64,000 nucleotides of DNA, from positions 9,578-73,577 of the forward strand of contig CAVVVY010000009.1 in assembly GCA_963751815.1 (NCBI GenBank). The letters are read 5' to 3'. The notes under the pieces are model-generated. The model had not been told where the DNA came from. It searched no databases and worked only from the letters and a program-made list of their open reading frames with translations. Both the position numbers and the translations under genes were made by a program. Of this stretch, positions 17,532 to 27,752 are shown one piece after another; the stretch's first letter is position 1; each line of letters starts with the position of its first letter. Origin of the DNA: an uncultured Solirubrobacterales bacterium (GTDB taxonomy: Bacteria > Actinomycetota > Thermoleophilia > Solirubrobacterales > 70-9).

Positions 17532-20269
17532 CTAACGCACCGCCCTTGCCCGGTGGCCGTCCAAGTTGTCCCTTTGACCGGCATGAGTACGTCAGCTTGG
17601 GCCGGCTGGAGTGCTTCCCGTTGTTGTAACCCCGCATCGCAGCCGCGGCCCGCACGTTTCGACCGCACAGTGTGTCGGTGTTCTGAACGAGCCCTTTGGA
17701 GCCTCCGAGGAGGTCGAGGGAGGCGTGGGAGAAGGGCACATCGGGTACCCCTTCGAATGTCGATCGCAGGCGACCGTTGACGCTGTCTATCCTGGCGGCG
17801 ATTTCAAGATCCACCTGTCCTTCCAGGTCGAGGACCAGGTCTGGAAGTTCGTGGCTCGAGGTGCGCAGGTAGACGGATCCGCTAAGAGGCTGGTCCAGCA
17901 GTGGGGTCGTGATTCTTGCCTTTCCGACCCTTGAGTCGGAAGGACACGCATTCCGCGCGAAGTCGGCCCTGGAGCAGACGCTTCCGATGTGACTATTGTC
18001 GAGCAGCTCCCCTTCCGGCAGGGTCACCGAGATTCGTTTCGGGTTCGCTTCGCCGGGTCCACTGGAGAGCTCGGCATGGATCGCCGGATGCCCCCGCCGT
18101 CGCACCCCGCCGCCCAGTGATATCGACAACTTCGGGTGGAACGGCAGGAGCGCGCAATTGGCGACCTGGTAGTGGGAGACCAGGTCGGACACCGCCGGAC
18201 TGATTTCCTCCGACCGCTGCACCCACGCTGAGTGGGTCGCAGTTCGTGGGATTCAGGGTGAATCCGGGGCGGTCGAGGTTCACTCGGATGTGCCGCAGCC
18301 GAAGCGGGATCCCCTCGACGATCTTCGGCAGACGATCCGTGATCGCGGTGACATGAGCATCCCGCTGGTCGACCTCGAGAGCAGTCCGCACGATCACGTT
18401 CCCGAGGTCATAGGGACCCGACACGGCGGGAACGACGATGGCGAAGCTCAGCGGAGCGCCGTTGTAGGGGCCCGCCAGGTAAACCCTCCCTGACACGTAG
18501 ACCGGCCGCGTTCCGGCACCCGCTCCGACGATCGCCGTACCGACCTGGGAGGCGGCGGGGCAGACAGGGCTCTGCAGCTCGGCAAGTCCGGAGTACGCGT
18601 CGCCTTCCAGTGCGCTCAATGTCGCGTCCGGGCAGTAGGGAATGCCGGCGAGCGTGCCCGTGAAGCCGGGTGGGGTGGTCACGGTCAGGGAGGAAAGTTC
18701 CTGATCTCCGTCGATCCGGCTCAGGTCGATCGAGAACGGACTGTGGGCACCGGCTGTGTTGCCCTGCGAGTTCGCCTGGAAGCCCGGGTTGAATGGCCGG
18801 GTCGGGCCGGGGCAGGGCCGCCCGCCGGGGCCGGAGTCGATCGTGAAGAACTGGGTCGACGTCTGGCTCGGGAGCGCTTCATCCCATGGAGTGAAGGTGC
18901 TTACCACCGGATATGTACCGCACTGTCCGGGCGTTGCCAACAGGCCGCGCTCCGCCCCGAAGAAGTGCAAATTGAACTCGGTGAGAGGGCTCTGGGGCAG
19001 ATCATTGAACGTCGAGACCACCTGGCCCGTCTCTGGGTCCGGGTGAATCGAGCCGGCCAGCTTGATGTGCGTGGCGAATCCATCCGCCGTGAGGAACATC
19101 CGGTATCGGTTTCCGGGCTGAGGATCTCCGATGTAGATCGAGCCCGGAATCGGCTGGGGCAGGGCAGAGCTATCGACGCTGACTGTGCCGATCTTCGAGA
19201 ACTCCGGGCAAATGGCGGCGGCATTGGATCCAGTGCCGATGTTGGCGGCCACGTCTGAGCAGGACGTCTTACCGTCGGCCGCATTCGGATTGAGCGAAAA
19301 GCCCTGTGGCAGAGTGACGGTCGCGGCTTTCAACTCGGATGGGGAGGGGAATTTGGCGCTGAGCAGCTGGGGTACCGTGAGGTCAACGTCAACACCCGAG
19401 GCGGAGTCGGCCTGCGTCGTGGTGGGCCTCGCGCTCAGGCTCGGGTCGAAGTTGAGCTGGTCACAGCCGACGGCGGTGGGCCACGGAGAGCTTGCGGTGC
19501 TTACGCTGCCGTCGTAGCCCTTCACGGTGGCCGTGGTGCTCAACGTTCCCGAGCATTTGGTCGGGTTCTGGAGGAACGGGGTGAGCGGACTGTTCGAGGG
19601 CGTCGGCGTGGTCGGGTTTGCGTTGCTGAACACACGCAGGGCGTCATGGCTGGGATCCGCCGGAACTCCCCACAGCGTCAGGTTGAATGATTGCGGCTCC
19701 GCGAAGTGTGTGAGCTCGGTTTCGGCGGTGAGGCCGTAGTCGCTGCCGGTTCTCGCTTCAAACACGGTGTAGAACGGAATGTTGAAAAATTCGGGCGCAA
19801 GCATGAACGCGAGCAGACCCGCCTGGTTGGGGTTGGGAACCATGTTGTAGACGGGCTTATTTGGGTCGGTGAGGTAAAACCCCAACACCTTGACCGCGAC
19901 GCTGATGACGCCGACCTGGGAATCGGCCGGGCATACGTTACGCACGAAGTCGGCCGCGAGGCACTGAGGTGTTGCGTGAGGGTTGCCGATGAAGCCGGCG
20001 GGGAAATCGAGTTTGAGGTTCTTCGGCTCGTTGCATTGGCAATTTTTCCCCAGGTCGGGTTCACTGGCGGTCTCCCCGGCATAGGAAATCCCGAGATCGG
20101 GGTGACCGCCGGCCTGGACCGAGCTCGGCCCGGCGACGAAGCTCCGGATTTCGATCGCCTTGGCCTGAGGTGCAAGGCCGAGGATGCCGACGAAGAGCGC
20201 GGCGGCAACTCCGCCCAAAATGAACTGCCTTCTGAGTGTCACGCGGTTCACCATCGAGCGATCAACCAT
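17532..20269 (-). pseudogene. Operon gene C: ~900-aa secreted protein of the QAGGHPD / four Cys-loop family with a Tat-like signal. It has one internal frame change and an unresolved 3' end.
   Basis: ORF 17993..20269 (758 aa) starts MVDRSMVNRVTLRRQFILGGVAAALFVGILGLAPQAKA and overlaps the B stop (ATGGTTGA). After ...FTLNPTNCDPLSV (~18225) the conserved sequence continues in the frame of ORF 16840..18222: SDLVSHYQVANCALLPFHPKLSISLGGG...CPSDSRVGKARITTPLLDQPLSGSVYL...LVQNTDTLCGRN...KLTYSCRSKG. That frame runs without a stop into gene D. An out-of-frame TAG at 17532-17534 is the nearest plausible stop. Confidence 0.7.
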
Positions 20270-23200
20270 TCCCGTGCCCCCTAGAGTGCGACTTTCCGTG
20301 AAGCCGGTGCCGCCTGTGCGATTTCCTCGGCTTCTTCTTGCCCGGTGCCGCCTTGGCAGAAGGGAGATTTCCCGATGCCCCCAGATCGGCCCGGGTGCCG
20401 ATGCTCATGCCTGCGGGTTCCGAGCTACTTGCGCCATGGCACTCGTCGGCCGCGGCACAGCCGGGCGGTGGAGGAACAAACGCGAAGCCTCCACCCGTTC
20501 GGGCGTCGTAGATCTTCACGTTGCTGCCGTTTCGATCCTGTTTGACGAGGGTGTCCGTCGTCGAGAAGTACACGTCGGTCCCGTCCGCACTCACCCCAGT
20601 CAAACCGACCACCGAGAAGACCGTGGACAGGCCGAAGCTGTTGTTGGCCGGCGCGGTCCCGCTGGTAATCAGCTGGGGACGCCCGTCGACGTACTCGTAC
20701 ACATCGGTCGTTTGGTTGGTGTCCTGAGGAACCAATTGCTCGTCCGTGTTGAAGAATGTCCGACCGTCGTCAGTCATGAAGCGGCCATCGTGACTCGCGG
20801 TCACGTCCATGCTCGGCGTCTCGCCGTTCGGCAGACAGGACGTACATCTCAAGTCGCCTGTCGCCGGTGTGTAGAGGTAGATCTCGGAGTGCCCCGCGTT
20901 GTCGTAATTGGTGACCAGACTTGACGTCAGGAATGCCATATGGCTGTCGTCCGGCGAAATCTCCATCCGAGCAACTGCTGTGGCGCTGCAGGCCGGCGTG
21001 CCCTGGTTGTAGACACAGGATGGGGAATCCGGCGTGAGGGCTGTCACGAACTGCAGTTCCCCCTCTCTATAGTCGTAAAGGTTTTCCGCGCCTGGGACGC
21101 CATTGTCGCCATCAAGCTGCTCCGGCGAGATGAAATAGATATCGCCGTTACCCGGAGCGACAATGTTCTCGAACTGCGGATTGCCGCCCGCCCCTCCCAG
21201 CTGGTCCGTGTACTGCAGATTGAAGATGTCTTTGCCGAGAACGTGATGATCCCGACATTGCACTTCGTCGTCCACGATGCGTTGCAAGAGTCCGAATTTC
21301 CACTGCTGCCGTCGTTGCCTTTTGAGATCAAGGTGAGAGCACTCGGCGTGCTCTCATTCCACATGTAGAGGTCCTTGCTGGTGTCTTTATCGCTGTCGTC
21401 GGAGGTGAGCCTCTCGCCCGAGGTGAAATAGACCTTTGAGCCGTCCGGCGTCATGTCCACATACTGAACCTGGTGACCCGCAGCTATGTCATAGGTCATT
21501 GCGTCGTCGACCCTCATGAACAGTTCGCCCGGCCCGCTCGTCTTCGCCCACGTGCCGGGTTCCCGTGCTCCTCCGACGGTCATGAGGATGTGAGAGCCGT
21601 CGGTCGAGGTCTCGACTGGCATCGCCTGAAGTGGATCCCCTTCGGAGTCGCGAGACACGATGGAGAGCGTGCCGTCCGCAATATCGTTGTCGTACATGTC
21701 GCCGGGGTTGCCGCCCGGGATGGCCTGTCCCGGAGGAGAGGAGCCGGGCAATCCACCTGGGACAAACGGAATATTCGAAGTGAATATGAAATGGCTCATA
21801 TCGGCCGACGCAACCGTGTGGCCGACGAACTTCTCACCGAACGGCACCGTTGCCACATTGGTCGGCCAACGATCCGTAATTGCCCCCGTCGCTGAGTCGA
21901 CTATGTAGGGCGCATCTGAATGCCCTTTCGGGACATCCGGGAGACCGTAGGCACCCTCTCCCGAGCCGTCGGTCTGGCAGGTGGCGTAGTCATTGACGTT
22001 GCAGTAGTAGTAGCCACGGTCCCAGATCCCGACCTGCGACATGCTGGGATTCGTGAGCACATCCTCGAAATTCCCGGCGTAGTAAGAGTTGTTGTATGCG
22101 AGGTTCCACGGCGGGCCGCCCGACCACACCGCCAGGCTCGACGGAAGGCCCACATACTTAGTGGTCCAGCCTGTGGAGCTCCGAGTGGACAGATAGAGGT
22201 CACCCCTGTGATTCGGAGGACTGCCTGCGCCGGGAACGGCGCCGAAAAGGCCGGCAAACGTCGTTCGCGAAGGAGAGGTCGCCGTCGGGCTCTGGGGCGT
22301 CGGGCCACTGAAAATGACCACCGTGCCGGCGTCTTCCGGCGTGACCAGCTCGTATGCGCGGCAATCCGGGAGACTGCTCGCGTTCGTTTGTTGGCGGACC
22401 GTCTCGTTCGGACAGTTGGGGGGATAGAAGTTGAACGACAGGTCACCGGATTTCGCGGTGCCGTATTCGTTGGTCGCCACGACCTGGAAGTGGTAGACCA
22501 CATGTGGGGTCAGGTCGCTCAGGTGCACGCTGACCGGTTCGGCGGCGTCACTGGCGCTGAGAGCCCCGTCCGGAATCGGAGCACTGAACCCGTATGACGG
22601 TGTTGGTCCATACTCGAATCGGTAGGTGGTCGCCGAGTTGTGCGGATTGATCGTCGCATTCAGGTCCGCGGAGGTGGCCGTCACGTTCGATACCGATTGA
22701 CTGACAATCGCTGGAATCTCCGGGGCCTCGAACGTCACATCCTCTCCGTAGCTGGTTCCGAATGAGTTGGTGGCAACAACCCGATAGTGGTAGGTGTTGC
22801 CGGGGACGAGGCCGACGATGTCGCTGCTTACGGACTGTGTACCGCTGGGCTGCTGATCAGGGCCCACCAGCGGCGTGGTATGCGAATAGCTCGTGGAGGG
22901 GCCCCACTCGAAGTGGTAGGTGGTTGCGTCGTTGGTTCCGAGGTAGGACCCGTTTAGTGTCACCGACGTGGGTTTCAGGTTGGTGGGGGGATCCGTCATC
23001 AGGCTCGTTACCGCAGGCGGTGTCGTGAAGGAAGAGTCTGTGCCTTTGCTGACTCCTGTCGAGTTTTCCGCGACGATCTGGAAGTGATAGGTGTGCCCCC
23101 CTTCCAGGCCGGTGAGTTCAAAGGACAAGGGAGTCATGCCGGCTGTCGGCCCTTGGACCGCGCCCGGCGGAATAGCGGTCTGTTGTCCGTAGGCCGTCGT

Positions 23201-24825
23201 GGGCCCGTAGTTGAAGTACCAGTGCGTCGTTTCATTGGTGCCTTCATAGGAGGCGTTCAGTTTCGCCGCGCCCCGGGTGACTTCGGTTGCCGGCTGTGTG
23301 ACGAGATTGGGGACTGCCAGCTGGGTCGTGAATGACTGGTCAGTCCCTTTGCTGATCCCTTTGGAGTTTTCCGCGACGATCTGGAAGTGATAGGTGTGCG
23401 CCGGTTCCAGGCCCGTGGCTTCGAAGGACAGCGGAGTCGCTCCGACCGTCGGGCCTTCGACCGCGCCGGGCGGAATTGCGGACTGTTGTCCGTACGCCGT
23501 CGTGGGCCCGTAGTTGAAGTACCAGTGCGTCGTTTCATTGGTGCCTTCATAGGAGGCGTTCAGTGTCGCTGTGGTACGTGTGACTTCTGTCGCCGGCTGT
23601 GTGACCAGGCTCGTCACAAAATGTGGCGTGAAGGTTCTGTCTGCGCTCGTGTTGCTGCCACTCGCGTTCCCCACTTTGAGACGGAAGTGGTAGAGGGTCT
23701 CGCCCGTCACGGCACCCGTCACGTCGGCGGTTACATCCTGTTCGCTGGCGTAATTGGGGCCGGGTGAGCAGGGAGCAGTCGCTGGGCTGCTGTAGTTGGC
23801 GGAGGTCGAGAATTCGAACACGCAACTGGTGACTTCACCCCCACCCGCCGGGTCGACGTGGCCGTGCAGCGTCGCCAGGCCCGTCGGTTCGCTGGTTGTG
23901 ACATCCGGCACGATCACGCCGGGGAATCGTTTGATCTTGCTGTTGCTGGCGTCGGCGACAAAGACGTCTCCGCTGGCCTCGTCGATCGCTATCCCCCTAT
24001 AGCTCCCCCCAAGCCCGGACGCAAATTCCTCGATCAGAGTCCCGGTTCGGTTCATACACGCTTACGTTTCCCGTCTGGGCGACATAGACCCGATGGCTCG
24101 TGGCGTCAACGGCCAGGGCCTGGGTGCTGCCCGTACTCACCTGGTTGAATGACGTGTATCCGCTGGCCGCCGTGAACCTGTAGACGGGCCCGTTGTAGTT
24201 GGCGCTGAGAAAGGTCGCCGTTGGCACGGTCGAAGGCGATGTGGCAGGGTCGGCCAGAGCCGGCGCCGGAGACACTGATCGAACCTTCCGAGGATCCGGT
24301 CGAACTGTATTTCTTCACCGATTGGGTGCCGTAGTCGCCAACCCAGGCGTGACCGCTGCCGTCGGTCGCGGCGCCGCAGGGATCGCCAAAGCCGCTGACC
24401 GAGAAGATGCTCGAGCCAGTGGAGGTGAACCCATAAAGGCCACTGTTCTCCGATACGAAGTAGATGTTGCCATTACCGCTGTCGACGGCGAGGTCGGGCA
24501 CTGACCCGGGGGGATTCACAGTGAACGGGAAGCCACCGAGAGGCGTGTAGGTGCCGGGCGTCGATGCGTCGAAGCCGTAGACTCGCGACGAGCCTGAGTC
24601 GAGGACATAAAGGCGGTGCGTGGCCTCGTTGAAGGTGAGAGGCCCGGTGGACCCGGAGAAGCTGGTAGCTCCGGTCCCGTCGGTCCCAAAGGAAGAGGTC
24701 GCAGTCGGGTGGACGAACGCCGCCGACGCCGAGCTCGCTGCAATGGCCAGCATCGATGCCGTGACGGCGATGAGAATTCCAACTCGGTGCGTCATTCGCC
24801 CTCTCTTGTCTCGTCTTTCAGCCAT
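20262..24825 (-). pseudogene. Operon gene B: ~1520-aa secreted protein with three frame changes. Modules in order: NHL-like propeller, 5 fn3/PKD-like units, TolB-like propeller, Cys motif and basic His-rich tail.
   Basis: The pieces 24106..24825, 23997..24275, 21044..24055 and 20262..21287 join into one protein. They are MAERRDKRGRMTHRVGILIAVTASMLAIAASSASA..., FLSANYNGPVYRFTAASGY..., MNRTGTLIEEFASGLGG... (1003 aa) and ...DIFNLQYTDQLGGAGGNPQFENIVAPGNGDIYFISPEQLDG...KIYDARTGGGFAFVPPPPGCAAADECHG...KKKPRKSHRRHRLHGKSHSRGHGNG. Frame changes fall at ~24215, ~24040 (an extra C in AACCGGG relative to the gene A paralog YEPNGKLIEEF) and ~21250. The start overlaps the A stop (ATGGCTGA). Confidence 0.7.
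23061..23666 (-). repeat. Two tandem 303-bp near-identical copies inside gene B, each encoding one fn3/PKD-like unit
   Basis: gagttttccgcgacgatctggaagtgataggtgtgc occurs at 23061 and at 23364. An identical run of over 60 nt, ccgtcgtgggcccgtagttgaagtaccagtgcgtcgtttcattggtgccttcataggaggcgttcagt, is in both copies. The encoded units are LVTQPATEVTR..A.LNASYEGTNETTHWYFNYGPTTAYGQQ.AIPPGAV.GPT.G.TPLSFE.TGLE..HTYHFQIVAENS.G.SKGTD.SFTT. Confidence 0.8.
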
Positions 24826-27145
24826 GCTTGGCGCCCCTCTGCTTGTGGTGGCGTTTGCGACGGTGCTTCTTCTTCACGCATTTGCCCTGCTTCTTGACGA
24901 AACCGGACTTGCAGGCGGTGGTGGGGGCCGATGGGCCGGCGGGCGCCGCCGTCGTGAAGACCTGATCGGGGCTGGCGACCCTGCCGTTCCCGTTGACGGC
25001 GACGATGCGGTAGTGGTAGGTGGTTCCGGGGGCAAGGCCGGACACGGCCGCGCTGACCGAATGCGCGGAGTTGTCCGCCCCCACCGATGGATCGTCCGGC
25101 GTGCTCGAGCCGTAGGAGTCGCTGGTCCCGTACTCGAAGTGGTAGGTCGTGGCGCTGAGGCCGGGATTGACGACCGCGCCGAGGGTCGCGGAGGTCTGAG
25201 CTATCGCCGACGCCGCGAGCGAGTCGACGCGCGGCGCGGAGGGGGTGGTGAAGGTTTCGTCCGGCCCTCGCACCGTGCCGCTGAAGTTGGTGGCGACGAC
25301 ACGGAAATGGTATGTGCCTCCCGGCACGAGATCGGAGACATCGGCGCTTGCGGTGTGGAACTGGGCGTCGGCAGGGGTCGGGCCACCGGGATAGGTCTGC
25401 GTTTCATATGACGTGGTGAGCCCATACTGGAAGCGATAGACGGTGGGCCCCGAGCCCGGATTGATCGAGGAACTGAGCGTTGCGCTGCTCTTGGTGACGG
25501 ACGCAGCGGAGGTGCTCGCGATCACGGGTAGATCGGGCGGTGTGGTCACGACCACCTGGTCTTCACCGTAGTTGTAGCCGAAGGAATTGTGCGCGACCAA
25601 TCGGTAGTGGTAGGTCCCGTTCGCTTCGAGATCGGTCAGGTTCGCGCTGACGTTTTGGGGCCCGGTACCGCTTCCGTTGCTGACGCCCGGGGGCACGGCT
25701 GTCGTTTTGCCGTATTTCGTGTCGAGCCCGTATTCAAAGAGGTACTGAATATCGGCACCATCGCCGTTGTAGACGCCATTGAGGGTTGCGGTGAATTTCG
25801 TGATGCCGGTCGCCATACCCGTGGTGACGCCCCCCACCGCGATGGGCGTCCTGAAGGTCGCGTCTTCTCCCGGGTGCGGATAGCTGGCATTCGCGACGAC
25901 GAGTCGGAAGTGATATCCGGTGTCCGCCGTGAGGCTCGATAGATCGGCGTGGACATCGGTTTGCGTCGTGATCGGGTTGCCCGGGGTGCCGACCACCGCG
26001 CCGTTGCCATTCCGGCAGCCGACGCTCCCCAAGCCGTAGCTCGTGTCGGTGCCGTAGTCGAAATGACAATCGACGACGTTGCCGGCGCCCGCCGGGTCCA
26101 CGTGCCCACGAAGCGTGACCGACGTCCTGGTCAGGCTGGAAACTGAGCTGTTGGACGCATCGGGCACGCTGATGCCGGGGAAGACGCGGACCTTGCCGCC
26201 GCCGTTGGCATCGGTGAGATAGACGTCGCCGGTCGTGGAGTCGACGGCAACTCCCGTCCAGTTTGCGCCGAGCCCGGTCCCGAATTCCTCGATCAGTTTC
26301 CCGTTTGGTTCGTATGCGAAGACGGAACTGGATGCGGCGATGTAGATCGTGTGGGTATTCGAATCGACGGCAACTCCGGTCGTCTGCCCGAATGTGATCG
26401 GCATGCTTTCGGTGTATCCGCTGCTGTTCGGGTAGCGGCGGATGCCGCCGCTGTATTCGCCCACATACATGTCGTCGTTGGACTGGTCGAACGCGAGGCG
26501 GCATGGACTCGACGAGGGGGTGCCATCTGCAGTGCCGGTGAAGACCCCCGCCGAGGTGTACCTGAGGATCGGCTTCGAATAGAAGTTGCCGACCCAGATG
26601 CTGCCTCCGGCATCGACGGCCGACCCGCAGATGTATTCCGACACGCCTGCGGGATAGGTGGGGTCGATCGGGAAGTTGCCGCCGAGGGCGGACCCGGCGG
26701 AATCGAAGCCGGCGATCTTCCCGGTTTCGCCCGTGCCGGAGTAGTAGAGCTTGCCGGTGGCGCCATCGACGCTCATGCCGGCGTAGGGGCCCCCGGCTTC
26801 GACGTTGATCGGGAAGTTGCCGGTCAGCGGCGCGAAGGGGGCGGGAGTGGAGGTGGTGTCGAAGCCGTAGATCCTCGGCGTGCCGGAGTCGTCCTCGACG
26901 TAGAGATGATGGGTGTTCTTGTCGACGGCGATCGCCCGGATCTGATTCGAGAAGGTCGTCCCCGACGTTCCATCCACGCCGAAGCTGGCTGTCTGGATGG
27001 TGTGGACGAAGGAGGCCGATGCCGACGAGACGGCGAGGACCAGCGGGACGAGGGCGGCGACGGCGACGGCGATCGAAAGGCGCCGCCCGCTGCGCGCGGC
27101 GAGGTCGCCGCTCAAAGCCATCGGCCGTCCCTTCGGGCGTCTCAT
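24818..27145 (-). CDS. Operon gene A: 775-aa secreted protein, intact. Modules in order: NHL-like propeller, 4 fn3/PKD-like units, Cys/Lys/His C-terminal tail.
   Basis: The RBS GGAAGGAG lies upstream of ATG 27145. The signal peptide is ...SGRRLSIAVAVAALVPLVLAVSSASA. Propeller blades include LYVEDDSGTPRIYGFD, SIWVGNFYSKPILRYTSAG and DVYLTDANGGGKVRVFPG. Four ~100-aa units carry TATLNG..N..G....Y.FEYG....YG and GT(Y/G)YH(F/Y)R(L/V)VA.N. The tail is CKSGFVKKQGKCVKKKHRRKRHHKQRGAKHG. Confidence 0.85.
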   Translation of the reverse strand: MRRPKGRPMALSGDLAARSGRRLSIAVAVAALVPLVLAVSSASASFVHTIQTASFGVDGTSGTTFSNQIRAIAVDKNTHHLYVEDDSGTPRIYGFDTTSTPAPFAPLTGNFPINVEAGGPYAGMSVDGATGKLYYSGTGETGKIAGFDSAGSALGGNFPIDPTYPAGVSEYICGSAVDAGGSIWVGNFYSKPILRYTSAGVFTGTADGTPSSSPCRLAFDQSNDDMYVGEYSGGIRRYPNSSGYTESMPITFGQTTGVAVDSNTHTIYIAASSSVFAYEPNGKLIEEFGTGLGANWTGVAVDSTTGDVYLTDANGGGKVRVFPGISVPDASNSSVSSLTRTSVTLRGHVDPAGAGNVVDCHFDYGTDTSYGLGSVGCRNGNGAVVGTPGNPITTQTDVHADLSSLTADTGYHFRLVVANASYPHPGEDATFRTPIAVGGVTTGMATGITKFTATLNGVYNGDGADIQYLFEYGLDTKYGKTTAVPPGVSNGSGTGPQNVSANLTDLEANGTYHYRLVAHNSFGYNYGEDQVVVTTPPDLPVIASTSAASVTKSSATLSSSINPGSGPTVYRFQYGLTTSYETQTYPGGPTPADAQFHTASADVSDLVPGGTYHFRVVATNFSGTVRGPDETFTTPSAPRVDSLAASAIAQTSATLGAVVNPGLSATTYHFEYGTSDSYGSSTPDDPSVGADNSAHSVSAAVSGLAPGTTYHYRIVAVNGNGRVASPDQVFTTAAPAGPSAPTTACKSGFVKKQGKCVKKKHRRKRHHKQRGAKHG

Positions 27146-27288
27146 CGCTCTCCTTCCCTTGTCCCCTGGCCACCCGCCGTCGGCCCCGACCCGCTGTGCG
27201 AGTCCCCTGGCCCCGGGCCGGGTGGCCCATTTACTTTTCTCTCCCGCCCTCCGGGTGGCGCTTGCGAGCGCTCCCCCTCAGGCGGCCG

Positions 27289-27322
27289 TAATGAGAACAC
27301 AAACGGACCAGGATGTCAAGCC
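27289..27322 (-). promoter_or_regulatory. Conserved promoter/operator-like motif, copy 4, proximal to operon gene A
   Basis: The minus strand reads GGGCTTGACATCCTGGTCCGTTTGTGTTCTCATT. That gives TTGACA, a 17-nt spacer and TCTCAT, with the core GGTCCG-N5-GTTC. It sits about 140 nt upstream of ATG 27145. Confidence 0.5.
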
Positions 27323-27433
27323 CGTCTTTTCGGTAGAGGCAGCTCCTTCACATCATCTGGCTTTGTAGAGGGGTTTCCATTACAGCGATCGGTGCATAGT
27401 CGGCCAGAAAAAGAGTTTCCAACGTACCGGAAG

Positions 27434-27451
27434 AAGAACAATGTCGTTCTT
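27434..27451. promoter_or_regulatory. Inverted repeat AAGAAC-AATGTC-GTTCTT
   Basis: Read directly from the sequence. Its half-site AAGAAC/GTTCTT is the same hexamer present in motif copies 1-3. It lies in the lower-GC intergenic region. Confidence 0.3.
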
Positions 27452-27565
27452 TGACGGTCGAGCTCGAGGTCCTCGGGGCGGCGATCCAGCCCGGGCCGGC
27501 TCAGCTGGCTCCAGGAGCGGCGATCCGGCACCTGGATTCGCTGGCTTTGGAACGCCGGTGGGTCA

Positions 27566-27580
27566 CTTTTGACGCAAAAG
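27566..27580. promoter_or_regulatory. 15-bp palindrome CTTTTG-ACG-CAAAAG
   Basis: Read directly from the sequence. It is AT-rich, unlike the surrounding genome, and sits between the operon and the divergent TetR gene. Confidence 0.3.
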
Positions 27581-27598
27581 CCATTGCGGGTACCATTT

Positions 27599-27632
27599 CA
27601 ATAAGAACTTTAGCGGACCAATAACTCAGAGG
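27599..27632 (-). promoter_or_regulatory. Conserved promoter/operator-like motif, copy 3, distal to operon gene A
   Basis: The minus strand reads CCTCTGAGTTATTGGTCCGCTAAAGTTCTTATTG. It has the same core and TCTTAT hexamer but a weak -35 (CTGAGT). Confidence 0.4.
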
Positions 27633-27722
27633 TAAACCCAGAGGAGTCTTAGGAACCAGGCAGTATCTAGACCCCTGAATAGAGTCGGTGTCGTACCGTA
27701 AAAATTGGCTCTGCGAGCGAGC

Positions 27723-27752
27723 TTGAGTGACGTATGCGTACCCGGCTATGGT
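27723..27752 (+). promoter_or_regulatory. Putative sigma70-like promoter of the double-TetR gene (near-leaderless)
   Basis: TTGAGT (27723-27728), an 18-nt spacer and TATGGT (27747-27752). The ATG at 27762 is 9 nt downstream. Confidence 0.35.

Noticed and set aside
9677-24825. Programmed ribosomal frameshifting as an explanation for the frame changes in genes B-E
   Set aside because: I saw no slippery heptamer with downstream structure at the shift points I located. Shifts go in both directions and occur in unrelated housekeeping genes too. Several are explained by a single extra or missing base relative to a paralog.
27316-27531. 71-aa minus-strand ORF in the AT-richer intergenic region upstream of gene A
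   Set aside because: It has no RBS, no recognisable motif and odd composition (FFFRYVGNSFSG). The region is better explained as regulatory or leader sequence. It is kept only as a possibility in the finding on the control region.
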